A stretch of DNA of 64,000 nucleotides, taken from positions 19,180,190 to 19,244,189 of the forward strand of contig JARFYF010000094.1 of NCBI GenBank assembly GCA_030265395.1. Direction: 5' to 3'. Both the position numbers and the translations under genes were made by a program. A model generated the notes under the pieces. The model was not told the DNA's origin, searched no databases, and saw nothing but the letters and a program-made list of their open reading frames with translations. Of this stretch, positions 23,456-35,987 are shown one piece after another. The stretch comes from Rhina ancylostomus. Its lineage: Eukaryota. Positions within the stretch are counted from its first letter, which is position 1; every line of letters begins with the position of its first letter.

Positions 23456-24899
23456 AGGTTTATATGGTTAATAAATATAGGAATATAATGGCATTGTTGG
23501 CATTTGGAGTTAAAATCTTAAGACATTGTTAAAATATCATTCCACCACATTAAACAGTATATTAACATGGATTGTTTCTCTATGAAACAGTACAATGTCC
23601 AGGTCATCGGACATATCTGGCATTATGCTAGAAGATGATCAAACTTGCAGTCATTTGTTGACTTCTGAACCAGCAACCTTCCAAATGCCCACTCACAGGT
23701 CCTTTGTCATGTTGCTGATGATAAATCTCCCATATTTTGTATCGACAGAAAGCCTCTGGTGGATGTGATCCTGGATACAGCAGAATTTTTCTGTCAACCT
23801 TGTTCACAGAGCAGCAAGAGGCCTCAGACCCACCCTCTTAAACAATCGGTAACAAAATTGCCCGGGCAGCACAAGAAAACATCAAATTCATAAAAAGCTA
23901 AAATAATCAGCTGATGTTTAAATACTGTCCTTGAATCTGCAAGATCTGAAGAGGAGAAATAGTCTAATCTGCTCCTTTAATTTACTTTCTCTTCATTAAT
24001 CTGAGGACCTGCAAATTTCCACTATCTTCATTTTATAATTTTTATGTCTGAAGTCCTTTAATGAGGTGTTAACTCCCAAATTTTTGGCACTTGCTAATCA
24101 TCGCTATCAAAATTACAAATGAATTTGGTGACTAAAAGAGATAATGCACTTAATTAACTCAGCATCCTCAAATGCTCTACTGCCTTTATGTAATTAACCA
24201 CACTACCCTTTCCTTTTATCATTTTAGTGAGAGTGCTATAGCTGTTACATACTCTATCTACTTAATTGAGCTCAACTTTCAAATATTCTGCCTTCTCTTT
24301 CAGATATCACAGTCATTTCTATCGTCCTCCATAATCAGTAAATGGCACCTTCCTTTTCACGATTCAAATTATGTCCCTGGGTGATATAAATTACAGAAGT
24401 GGGGGTCATCTTCACTCACATGCTGATAACTCTTATCTTTTGAACATTTCTTTCAACCTCTGCTAGTTTCACTTCATCCAAATATTGGATAATCTGCAAT
24501 TTATTTCAGCGAAACTTTTAGATGACCTAAACATTTGTACTCAGCCACAGAAGTTATATCCTTGCCAATTATTCCATTCTCCTCCTCAGCAATCTTTGGT
24601 TGAATCAGACTACTTGAAACCATCCTATTAAACAAAGAACATCTCATCAAACCCTTCAATGAACTTCTAAACACTGGGATGTTCCATCATGGAAGAATTG
24701 TATATTGTCATCTGCAATTGCAGATGTTTCCTGCAATTATTGCTTTTGATCCAACATTTAAAGGGAAGTAAATTTTGGAAATCCCCTCCATGTGATCATT
24801 TAATCAAACTTGAAATTTCATTTTAACACAAATGAATAACTGAGATAATTTATTAGCCTTGGTGCTACATTGCCTCTGACTTATTATTATTTATGAATG

Positions 24900-25452
24900 A
24901 GTGACATAGTGCGGAGCTAGTAGAGCTGCTGTCTCACAGCTCTAGTGACTCAGGTTCAATCCTGACCTTTGGAGGAGTTTGTTTTGGAGTTTCCACATTC
25001 TTCCACTGACTGCGTGCGTTTCCAAGTTTTCTCCTACATCCTAAAGATGTACTGGTTGATAAGTTAATTGGCCACTGTAAATTCCTCTGGTATAGGTGGG
25101 TGGTAGAATCTAAGGGGAGTTGATGGGAATGTAGGGAGAATAGGTTGCAGATCCTCCCCAGCTTACAAACGCCTAACTTAAACACAGCACAAACATATAA
25201 TTGAGCATTTGGGAGACCAGCAGTAAGAATTTGCCAGCTGTTGCTGGGCTGCAGATCTCTTCTGCCATGTGGGAACTCAGTTTGCAACCACAATTCTAAC
25301 TTGTGAACTGTTTGGGTTACAAACAGTTCATAGGATCGGAACTCTGCCATAACCTGGGGATGATCTGCATCAGGAAACCTAGTGGAGGAAAAGGACTGGT
25401 CTGTAAGCCAGACTAGACTCAGTGGGCCAAATGGCCTCTTTCTACTTTGTAA
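24900..25452 (+). mobile_element. HE1-like V-SINE split by a MITE
   Basis: GGTTCAATCCTGACC B box and V domain; the element resumes after 25370 with the GGGCCAAATGGCCTC tail. Confidence 0.85.
25148..25367. mobile_element. Tigger/pogo-like non-autonomous DNA transposon (MITE), copy 1
   Basis: TIRs CAGATCCTCCCCAGCTTAC / ATAACCTGGGGATGATCTG (16/19 inverted match); internal homology to 48170-48341. Confidence 0.8.
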
Positions 25453-25689
25453 CAAAATGTTGAAATATTTCTTGGAGAATGCTACCATTGTGCATTTGGC
25501 ATTCATCTTCACTCATATATTGAGGGATCATGCAAATTCTTTTGATTCTTTCAGGTTGATTGACGACAGTAATTAATCTTTTCCCAAGCTTTGTTGTTCT
25601 TTCTTCAATAACCTTCAGAGCTGACTGGATGTTCACTGTAGCACACTGAGGAAAAGGTAAAATGACAAGATGCTGGAGTCTGAGCAAAA

Positions 25690-26290
25690 TAGTTACCTCA
25701 CTAAATGTACTAAAAATTGATAAAGAGAAGCTATGAGCATTGCTGTCTGTATTTAATGTGGATAGATCTGGTCCTGTTGGGATGCATTCTAGTTTACTGA
25801 GGGAAGCATGGGTCTTGGTCATAATTATTCATACACCTTGTGGATATGGAACTGGTGGCTTGAAAATTATGTTATAAAAAAAATGCAAGGATAAACCCAG
25901 AACTGCAGGTGAGTCATCTTAAAATCTCAGTGCTGGGGAAACCTTTAGAAATGATAATCAGGCTCAGAATTAGCAGGCACTAGGACAGGCATAGATTGAT
26001 TAAGGAAAACCCAACAGGAATCTGTTAAAAGGTAATATAATGTTTAACCAACTTGAAAGTAGTAACAGAGTATCAATTAAGGAATTGTGGTTGATGTACT
26101 GTCAATTGACTTTCAAAGTGCTGTCCAAAGATTCGTCATCAAGATTAAAGCATAAAGAATAAAAGGGGTAGTAGCAGCATAGATAGAAAAATCAACCAAG
26201 TTGTAGAAAATAAGACAGTATAGTGAATAATTGTTCTTAAGTACAAGGAGAACATGTACAGTATGTGATGATCCCAAGTGATCCATTCGA
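25690..26290 (+). mobile_element. Degenerate CR1 RT fragment
   Basis: NVDRSGPVGMHSSLLRE and VDVLSIDFQSA-like remnants. Confidence 0.65.
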
Positions 26291-26307
26291 AGACCACTCT
26301 TTTTACT

Positions 26308-26410
26308 AAATAAAAACAGAAAATGTTGGAAACACAGAGCAAGTTGGGCAGCATGTGTCAACAGAAAATCAAGATTAGGGTTTCAAGTTGAAGACCCTTT
26401 GTTGAAGACA
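26308..26410 (-). mobile_element. Penelope pLTR fragment
   Basis: AAAACAGAAAATGTTGGAAACAC.GAGCAAGTTGGGCAGCAT...TTTCAAGTTGAAGACCCTT. Confidence 0.7.
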
Positions 26411-26761
26411 TCTGATACAATAAGCAGTGAACATTAAATGAAACCACAACTATAAAAGGAAATATCTGAAAAAAAATCAAATTTAATGCATTCGTTAATT
26501 TCTTCAACTGAAAGCATGTAAATCAAATAAACTAAGGTTATGCCTAACACATTTCATGTATTATTTTGCAAAAATTATTTGTTTATACACTTTTAAGATA
26601 TTGTATCTTTTTAAAATCCCAAAAACATGGAGACAAGAATTGCTAATACAATTTCAATGAAATACAAGAGTTCTCTAAAGCAATACAAAGGTATGCAGAC
26701 CAGAAGATTACAATTGTAAAGAGTTATTTGATTTCAGGCAGAGGAAGAGTTGATATCATCA

Positions 26762-27328
26762 TTGGAATTGGTTTATTATTGTACAGTGAAACACTTGTCT
26801 TGCATACCATTCATTTCGTTACACAGTGCATTGAGATAGTACAAAGTAAAACAATACAGAATGTAGAATAAAGTGTAACAGCTACAGAGAAAGTGCAATG
26901 CTTGTAGACAATAAGGTGCAAGGTTATAACAAGGAAGATTATGAGGTCAAGAGTCCATCTTACCATACTAGGGAACCATTCAATAGTCTTACAACAGCAC
27001 AATAGAATCTGTCCTTGAGCCTGGTGGTACGTGCTTTCATGCTTTTGTATCTCCTGCCTGATGGGAAAGGGGAGAAGAGAGAATGTCTAGGCGGGCCTTT
27101 GATTATGCTGGTTGCTTTACCGAGGCAGCGAGAAGTAGAGGCAGAGTCCATGGAGGGGGGGCTAATTTCCTTGATGTGTTAAGCTGTGTTCACAACTCAC
27201 CACAGTTTCTTGCAGGTCACAGGCAGAGCAGCTGCCATACCAAGCTGTGATGCATCCAAACAGGATGCCTTCTATGGTGCATCAATAAAAATTGGTGAGT
27301 GTCAAAGGGGACATGCCAAATTCCTTCA
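26762..27328 (-). mobile_element. Rex1/Babar LINE 3' end
   Basis: ORF 26960-27151 TSRCLGKATSIIK..HSLFSPFPSGRRYKSMKARTTRLKDRFY; same 3' UTR as 1689-2044. Confidence 0.9.
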
Positions 27329-27399
27329 GTTTTGGTTTTAAATAGCTGGCATTAGTTTTACTGTCCATGGTCAAGCAAAGGAAAAGCTCATTAGAAATT

Positions 27400-27515
27400 G
27401 AAACAACAACTACAGATGCTGGTAGTATGAAATAAAAGTTGAAAATGCTGGAAGCAGTTGGTAGTTTTGGCAGCATCTTTGGAAAAGGAAACTGAGTTAC
27501 CATTCGATGAAGCCT
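27400..27515 (-). mobile_element. Degenerate Penelope pLTR fragment
   Basis: ACTACAGATGCTGG...GAAAATGCTGGAAG...GGCAGCATCTTTGGAAAAGGAAACTGAGTTA. Confidence 0.65.
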
Positions 27516-27534
27516 TTGATTTACAAAGTCAAAG

Positions 27535-27784
27535 GAGCAATGGTGGAGGGAGTGCCCTCGGATTGGAGGGCTGTGACTAGTGGTGTCCCTCAGTGATCGG
27601 TTCTGGGACCTCTACTTCTTGTCATATTTATAGATGACTTAGATGAGGGGGTGGAAGGCTGGTTAGCAAGTTCGCGGAAGACACTAAGATCGGCAGTGTT
27701 GTGGATGGTGTGGAGGGCTGTCGGAGCTTACAGAGGGATATTGATAGGATGCAGAGCTGGGCAGACAAGTGGCAGATGGAGTTC
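27535..27784 (+). mobile_element. Young CR1 RT fragment continuing into a ~940-N gap
   Basis: VTSGVPQ*SVLGPLLLVIFIDDLDEGV..SKFAEDTKIG...LQRDIDRMQSWADKWQMEF. Confidence 0.92.
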
Positions 27785-29654
27785 NNNNNNNNNNNNNNNN
27801 NNNNNNNNNNNNNNNNNNNNNNNNNNNNNNNNNNNNNNNNNNNNNNNNNNNNNNNNNNNNNNNNNNNNNNNNNNNNNNNNNNNNNNNNNNNNNNNNNNNN
27901 NNNNNNNNNNNNNNNNNNNNNNNNNNNNNNNNNNNNNNNNNNNNNNNNNNNNNNNNNNNNNNNNNNNNNNNNNNNNNNNNNNNNNNNNNNNNNNNNNNNN
28001 NNNNNNNNNNNNNNNNNNNNNNNNNNNNNNNNNNNNNNNNNNNNNNNNNNNNNNNNNNNNNNNNNNNNNNNNNNNNNNNNNNNNNNNNNNNNNNNNNNNN
28101 NNNNNNNNNNNNNNNNNNNNNNNNNNNNNNNNNNNNNNNNNNNNNNNNNNNNNNNNNNNNNNNNNNNNNNNNNNNNNNNNNNNNNNNNNNNNNNNNNNNN
28201 NNNNNNNNNNNNNNNNNNNNNNNNNNNNNNNNNNNNNNNNNNNNNNNNNNNNNNNNNNNNNNNNNNNNNNNNNNNNNNNNNNNNNNNNNNNNNNNNNNNN
28301 NNNNNNNNNNNNNNNNNNNNNNNNNNNNNNNNNNNNNNNNNNNNNNNNNNNNNNNNNNNNNNNNNNNNNNNNNNNNNNNNNNNNNNNNNNNNNNNNNNNN
28401 NNNNNNNNNNNNNNNNNNNNNNNNNNNNNNNNNNNNNNNNNNNNNNNNNNNNNNNNNNNNNNNNNNNNNNNNNNNNNNNNNNNNNNNNNNNNNNNNNNNN
28501 NNNNNNNNNNNNNNNNNNNNNNNNNNNNNNNNNNNNNNNNNNNNNNNNNNNNNNNNNNNNNNNNNNNNNNNNNNNNNNNNNNNNNNNNNNNNNNNNNNNN
28601 NNNNNNNNNNNNNNNNNNNNNNNNNNNNNNNNNNNNNNNNNNNNNNNNNNNNNNNNNNNNNNNNNNNNNNNNNNNNNNNNNNNNNNNNNNNNNNNNNNNN
28701 NNNNNNNNNNNNNNNNNNNNNNNACAGATCCTTTACTGCCTTTATAATAATCCTATCTTTATTACATTCTCTTCACATAGCCAACAACTCCCATGTGCCC
28801 CACTAGCATGGAGGAACACAGCAGCCCATCACTTTATCTAACAGTCACAGCACAGTCATTTTATATACCTTATAGTCTAAATCAGAGGCAGAACCTCCAT
28901 ATGGCAAGTTACAGAGCACAAATGGGCTGGACCAGGACAAGGGTACAAAGAGTAGCCCAGATGCCAGCTCATCAGAATGTAAAGTAACACTGAATTCTGC
29001 TGCAAAGTCTCAGATGTAAACTTTGATAGGTTGTCTGCAGAGCATGGCTGACGGGCACATGCAATGAAGTGCTTGACTTATTAGTCTGTCTTCCAAAAAA
29101 TTTGCCTGTAATATTAAGGACCTTGAAGAAGTCCAATTCTAACATCACAATGGGCTTTGCACTTTACCAACCTGGAATCAAAGGGCACCTCTATTTTAAT
29201 ACTAACAACTTTTACCAACAAGTACCTCTTAAGGCCAATGAAGCACTTTTCTTTGGAGCATAAACAGAAGTTACCCAATGTCTGAGTGTTGAAATGGGAA
29301 CTCAAATATGCCACAGCAATCAACAAGGTATACTCTAATAATTCATATGATTGCTAATGCATTGCTTCAGGGAGGAGTTCATTAGAGTATGTCCATTTCA
29401 AGAAGATAACATTTAATCTCCCACTCTTGCCATTCCTTTAGTAACCTTAACACTGGCAATAGCCTTAGTCTTTGTCTGACTGGCAATCAGAGCAGTCTGA
29501 AGCCAGGCTGTCCACCCTCAGAACTAGCCAAGACCAATTTCAGCCACCTCTACTCCAAGCTGACAGTCATGATGAAGTCACAAAGGTAGCAGAATTAANN
29601 NNNNNNNNNNNNNNNNNNNNNNNNNNNNNNNNNNNNNNNNNNNNNNNNNNNNNN

Positions 29655-29745
29655 TTCCCTCTTCACAAATACAGTCTGAGCTGCTGAGTACTTCTAGCAT
29701 TCCCAGTTTTATTTGCAGATATTGGGAATCTGCTATATTTTGCTA
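29655..29745 (+). mobile_element. Penelope pLTR 3' fragment after a gap
   Basis: CTCTTCACAAATAC..CTGAGCTGCTGAGTACTTCTAGCATT...CAGATATT..ATCTGC. Confidence 0.6.
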
Positions 29746-29835
29746 ATGGGCTGCTGATGTTGCCTCACTATTCTTCTTCCTGATGCAATTATTGCCCCTA
29801 TTGGCAGCTACTGGCAATATACAAGCCTTCAAAAT

Positions 29836-30549
29836 TAGTGCCAGATTGTTAGAAATCCTAAAACCACCAGAAATCTTGATGCCCATTCTGGATTGTTTGA
29901 GAAAGTTTGGAGCAGGTCAGGCAGAAGTGTAATTTAAACTCAGAGATTATCTGTTCATCTAAGCATTGGGCATTGATTTGAGATCAATGCAATGCTATCA
30001 GTAACTCGGTCATAAGATAGGAATACTTATTCCACGGAAGCAAATATCTGGTCTGTCAATAGTTGAAGGCACTGCTGATTATTCAGGATAAAAGCATTGC
30101 AGCTGCTTCTGGATACCTTGAACTTATTTAAAAAAAGCTTTTTTCTGGCTGAAGGCTACAAACCAACTTTATATCTTCCAGTTGACGTACATTTCAGCCC
30201 TTAAAGTGAACCCTGCAATATTGTAAAGTATGTAACCATTACAGAGGTCCCTGTGCTTGTTTTAAAGGATGATTTCAGCTCATCTTGACCAGAAAGTCCT
30301 AGTAACCTCCCCAATAAAGCTGTGCACAGTAAAGTGGGAGGTTTTGGACAAGACAGCACTCCAGCTTGAAACCAACCCAAGGCAAAGAAATTCAAGGATA
30401 CTGTGATTTTAAATGCCAAATCCAGGAAAATTCTAGGTCTTCTTCTGTGGCTGCTGTTGTGTTTGCATCATGTAGATCTTAGTGACCACCTCCTTCTTGA
30501 AGCAGAATTCCCTATAACATTATGCATCAGTCAGATGCACAAAGGAAAA
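29836..30549 (-). pseudogene. Fossil PIF/Harbinger (HARBI1-like DDE) transposase
   Basis: Collinear motifs across frameshifts: FSFVHLTDA*CYREFCFKKEVVTKI; AFKITVSLNFFALGWFQ; VHSFIGEVTRTFWSR; IAGF; VNWK..LVC; RYP-SC-NAFIL; LMT; EQIISEFKLHFCL; PEWASRFLVV..NLAL. Confidence 0.8.
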
Positions 30550-31424
30550 CTTGTCACCAGATGCTATTACTAGTCCCCTCCTAATGCTGAGAACATTTCT
30601 CCTATTGTAATCTCCTTCCTGCAGTGCGGCCTGCTCTGCAGATCCACTCATCATTATCCCTATGAAAGTCCATTCCCAATGATATCATGCCCACAGAAAA
30701 AGTCTCAAGGCTCCAGACAAGTTTCCATATCATGAGCTTAACCACAGAGTTTCTCACAAACCAAAACATCTTTTGTGAATCAATACTTATCTAAATCACA
30801 CAGATCCATACATAATTGAGGTGGTTTTCTGAAATTGTGCTGATGGATTTGGTAGTACCTGCTTGATGCTAAATGACAGATTTCCCTTGTGTACTTAACT
30901 CCGTGTTAGGTGCATCGTCAAATTGGTAGGACTGGCATTATCTCAGTGTTACACAAGAATCAATGTTATAAATTGTCTGCTCTGCAGATTCCTGCATACA
31001 TCTGGCATGTGGCACAGGTGGTACTGCTCTGCGCAATTTACTGAGTTGGGTTAAAAATGTGTGGTCAGGCTAAGCAATTTATATTAGAATCATGTTGCTA
31101 CCTGTAGCGTTGATAAAACATGCTAAATGGCCCTATTGGTCCCTTATTTCTAAACAGGGTGGGGAGAAAGAAAAACTTACATCCATGTTTCATTTTTGAA
31201 GCCTACTGGATAATGAATTGCAGATTCAGACAAAATGATAACTAACCTTACAAGCAATGCATTTCATTCCATCTGGATTCAAAGTTACAGTAGCACATCT
31301 CTGTTTCTCAGTAGTGCAGGATGCATATGCGGTCACATTGAAAAAATCTGACAGCTTTCCACTGCCAGAAGTATTGGAGCATGCAGTGGCCATTATCAGA
31401 ATTAGAATTCGCCTACTGTGGCGA

Positions 31425-32235
31425 GTCAGAGAATCAGAATTATTTTCATTGATACATGTTGTAAAATTTGTTGTTTTGTAGCCGCAGTACAGTGTAAGGC
31501 ATAAAAATTACTCTAAGTTACAAAAGTAAATAAATAAATAAATAAATAGACAGACAAATAAATGGATAAATAGATTAGTGCAAAAGAGATAGTGCTCATG
31601 GGTCATTCAGAAATCTGATGGTGGGGGGAAGAAGCCATTCCTGTTACAGTGAGTGTGGGTCTTCAAGCCCCTGTACCTCCTTCCCAGTGGTAATAACGTG
31701 AAGAGAGCATGTCCCGGATGGCGAGGGTCCTTAGTGATGGATGTTGCCTTCTTGAGGCACTGCTGCTCGAAGATGCCCTCAGTGGCAGGGAGGGTTGTGG
31801 CTGTGATGGAGCTTGCTGAGTCTACAACCGTCTGCAGCATCTTGCAATCGTGTGCATTGGAGACTCCATACCAGGCGGTGATGCAACCAGAATGCTCTCC
31901 ACCATACATCTCCAAAAATTTGCAAGAGTCTTTGGTGACATACCAGATTTCCTCAAACTCCTAATGAAGTAGAGCCTCTGGCGTACCTTCCTCGTGATTG
32001 CTTCAATGTGTTGGACCCAAGGTAGATTAGATCCTCTGAGATGTTGACAACCAGGAACTTGAAGCTGCTCACCCTTTCCACCCCTGATCCCCCAGTGAAT
32101 ACTGGTGTGCTCCCGACCTCCCCAATCAATTCCTTGGTCTTGCTGACACTGAGTGCAAGATTGTTCTTGAGACACCACTCAACCAGATGACCTATCTCAC
32201 TCCTGTACACCTCCTCATAGACATCTAAGATTATG
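31425..32235 (-). mobile_element. Rex1/Babar LINE (second subfamily), RT C-terminus and 3' UTR with (TAAA)n
   Basis: ORFs YRSEIGHLVEWCLKNNLALSVSKTKELI...VERVSSFKFL; RQRLYFIRSLRK; GCITAWYG...KDPRHPGHALFTLLPLGRRYR. Confidence 0.93.
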
Positions 32236-34839
32236 CTAACTCACACTGCTTGCATAAATTTTAAATTTCAATTTGTGCTCTGGTTACAAAGTCTCACTTA
32301 ACTTAAAATTATAACTGACCACAGATAATTTGAATTTTAGATAATGATTTTTAATGAAGCTTAAATGGTGTCTAATGTTTTTACCATACTGTTCAACATG
32401 TCAAATAGGAACATCCTGCATAAACAGCCTAGTTTGTTAATCCTTGCAGATATATTGATGAGTAGTCTTTTTAAATAGTTCCAAATAAAAACTACATGAA
32501 TTGTGTGATATTGTGTATGTACAATAGATAATGCAAAACTAAACTTCACAAATTAGAGTTGCAATATCTGAAATAAACACACCTTCAATAAAATGTAGAT
32601 CCTTATTCTTTTAAAATAGTAAAAGAGAATGAAGAAAGATTGCAGAGATAAATTTTTTTCTAAAAATTTTAGTTGCCCTCAACAAATGCCATTACTTCAA
32701 GAGATCAATGTAGACTCAAGATCTATTGCATCTGAAAACAGCTTATAAGCCTGTAGTCAGGATGAAAGTATTAACTAATCCAGGAGTTGAAATAGTATAC
32801 ATCTATATGAACACATTTGGGTAAATTAACATTTTCATTCAAACAACTTCAAACATCTTGGAAATGAACAAGCAATAAAGTCAGGATTTTTTTGTGATAA
32901 ATTTTACCTTCAAATCTCTGAGAGCTGACATAATTACAACATATCAATAATGTCATTCAGTCATGGCTTTTCTCTTCATAGACTGGTCACTCATAATTTA
33001 TTTGCAATTACTGTCATTATATGCAGCATTAACACAGTAAGTAAAGGTTTTCCACTTTGGCCTTGAGCAATACATCTATTTCTGTGCATAGAAGATAAGG
33101 ATAGACAGACATTAGCTTCCAATTCCCATTTAATCTCTCATTTATATTACACAAAACATTTGTTTTCTTACGCACATTTGAGACTCGTGCAGGTTACAAG
33201 TACCATCATAACAAGGCAATCCAATTTACAAATTAGCACTGGAGATAGTGAGATTAGCTCAAATTGCTTGTTAACAGAAATTTTTTTCTTTATTATCATC
33301 AATTAAATCTGGGAAATCCTATGCACAAAATACTTTGCCACACTAAGGAATTGATCATGCATATATTTACTATAATCCATCTAAAAACCGTGAAAACTGC
33401 TTCCATGTTGAATGATCTTCTGGTTCTTACCCCACCTGCAACACATTTCCACACCCAGAAATCAAGATTTGACTCTTCTAATTACAGTTTATTTTTGAGA
33501 AACACCAGTACTTTTACAATATGTCATGACACATTACAAAATTGTCATTCTTATCCTTGTCTATACATTTCTGTAGTTTGACTACAACCTGCAATGAACC
33601 ACTGTTAGATGTGCCTCAATATTAGAATTTTGCTTTGATGTCTAAATCACATTCTTGCAGTACACCTGATTGCAACCATCTTATACGTCACCTTGTATAT
33701 TATAAAATGTGCTTCTATTTGTAATATGGCCAAGTGAAAAATTACAGCATTGAGGACAGATGCTATATTTAAATCACTTCAAAGGGGCTTCTGATCATCA
33801 GATAACCTTTTGCTCATCTTTTAATGTTACCAAAACACTAACTATTCAAGCCATAATAACCATCAAATGTTTCAGAAATATGGGGTAACCATGTACTTAC
33901 AAATGACAGTGTCTAAAGGCCATTCTGAAGCTGTGTCACCTTGATAATCGAATAAAAAGCAAAGATGGTTCATTAGGCTATTTGCAAAAACTACAGTCAC
34001 TGGACTTCCACATTTCTTCCAGCTCAGTTAAAAGGGTCAACGGATACAGCAGAGAGGTTTGATGCAACTAGCAAATAACTGCATCACCTAAACTGAGCAC
34101 TGGGTAAGATATGATGGGGTTATAATATTTCACCAAAAGATTGCTTTTCTGCATGTGCCACCTCATTTAAAAAAATACTTCTCTCCAAATTAAACAAAAT
34201 TGCAGTTATTTAACTTACATTCAAAATCAAACATGCAAGAAATATTGTCACATTTAAGCTATTTTCCCACCTCTATTTAACCAATATAGTTCAGTCCAAA
34301 ATAGTGATTGCCGATTGGTGCCATATCACCATGGCAACAGCAGTTATCAGTTGAGGCAAATCTGAGTCCCTTTGACAATGGCAAATCAATTTATAAGCAG
34401 TCACGACGTAATGAGTGGTCCTGTAGATGTATTTAGGTTTAATGAACATTTACATAATTAGCATGACAGAGAAAGATTAATTGTAAAATCCTTGAAATTT
34501 TAATTACAACAAACTTCAGAAGAGCTTCCAAATTTTGTGTGCAAAATCACGTATTTTATATTTATAGACATCAAGCAGTTTTTTTTGTAATGTTTCAATC
34601 ACACAATACCATTTCTTTAACTTAATAATGCATGAGTGATTATTACAGTTGTATGCCCAAATAACTCTCAAAATCAAATACATCTCATATTTCTGTGAGA
34701 TATTGACAAAGTAATATGTGGTATTAGGTTATACGATATAAAACAAGAATAAATTTGCCATCTAAAGCATTTTTTTATTTATAAAGTTAGGAGTACTAAA
34801 GTAACAAGGCCTTAAGTGCAGACTGCATCTCTGCTGAAA

Positions 34840-35660
34840 TCCTAAAATTCTGTGAAGAGCTTCAGTTGGAAATTCACAATCTCATCATTTACATCTGGGA
34901 AGAGGAGGATATAACTGGGACCTGAATGATACCACAATCATGACCATCTTCAAAAAAATTATACAAATCCTATTGTGGTAACTGCAGAGGGGTCTCCTTA
35001 CAATCAACTACACGGAAAGTAAGCACAAGAGTCTTCCTCAATATCCTCCTCCCAGTGGCTGAAGAGCTGCTTCCCGACTTACAGTGCAGACACCGTCCAT
35101 TAGGGGTAATGTGGACATGATCTTCACTGTGTAAATCTCCAAGAAAAATGCAGGGAGCAGCACCAGCACTATACATGGGCTTACACGAATTCACTAAAAC
35201 CTTTGATTCCATCAGGAGGGACTCTCAAACACAGATCTCAAATTTGGTTCCCTACAGGAATGTGTCTCTTTCATACATTTGGTTTATGATGGCATGCAAG
35301 CTATGAAACTAACCAATGGGTCTACAACACAACCAATCTCTGTGAAGGTTGCTGTTAAACAAGGTTACATCATTGCATAAAGGCTTTTCTTAATCTTTCT
35401 CGCCAGAACGTTGCAACTCAATTGAAACAAANNNNNNNNNNNNNNNNNNNNNNNNNNNNNNNNNNNNNNNNNNNNNNNNNNNNNNNNNNNNNNNNNNNNN
35501 NNNNNNNNNNNNNNNNNNNNNNNNNNNNNNNTTAAACAAGGTTACATCATTGCATCAAGGCTTTTCTTAATCTTTCTCGCCACAACGTTGCAACTCACTT
35601 GAAACAAATTTCCCTCGGAAGTGGAGTTAACCTTCAGAACCTAAGTGACTGTTCAACCAA
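34840..35660 (+). mobile_element. RTE-clade LINE RT fragment (degenerate, spans a gap)
   Basis: IWEEE..., IMTIFKK, CGNCRGVSL, EELLPDLQC, DMIFTV..LQEKCREQ, FTKTFDSI, VKQGYIIA. Confidence 0.85.
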
Positions 35661-35699
35661 CAGCAATTATGGAATCTGATAAGAAAGGTTATCTGCAGC

Positions 35700-35987
35700 C
35701 CTTTTGTTGTCTCCACTTATCACCTCCCAGCCTCTGTCACTATCTCCACCCTTCTCTCCCACACTCATCTGCCAATCAACTCCTCCTATCTTGGATCTAC
35801 CTATCACTTGCCAGCTCTTCCTCCCCCCTCACCTCTTTTACTATCTCCCCTTTATTCTCTCAGTCCAGATGAAGGATCTCAATCTTAAACACTCACTGTC
35901 CAATTCCCTCCTCAGATGCTGTCTGATCCACTGAGTGGCTTGTTTTTTTTGCTCCAGATTCCAGCATCTGCAGTCACTTATGTCTCC
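35700..35987 (+). mobile_element. Penelope 3' UTR / pLTR
   Basis: CTACCTATCAC tract as at 4600; CAGTCCAGATGAAGG...CAGATGCTGTCTGATCCACTGAG...CCAGATTCCAGCATCTGCAGTC. Confidence 0.85.

Noticed and set aside
24709-24726. Perfect 18-bp palindrome CATCTGCAATTGCAGATG (paired E-boxes)
   Set aside because: Roughly one such palindrome is plausible by chance in 64 kb, and there is no supporting context.
24934-25512. 192-aa minus-strand ORF
   Set aside because: Antisense read-through of a SINE plus MITE with no protein similarity.
17270-27600. CR1 at 17313 ends about where the CR1 at 27535 begins, suggesting one element split by 10 kb
   Set aside because: The overlapping portions differ substantially in sequence, and the intervening DNA holds much older repeats.
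27651-28841. 345-396 aa ORFs in the supplied track
   Set aside because: Artefacts of translating through an N-run; only the CR1 part before 27784 is real sequence.
35355-35608. ~77-bp direct repeat on both sides of the 35432-35531 gap
   Set aside because: Near-identical sequence flanking a 100-N gap inside an RTE fragment is typical of unmerged overlapping contig ends. Similar TATATCCA overlap occurs at the 41487 gap.
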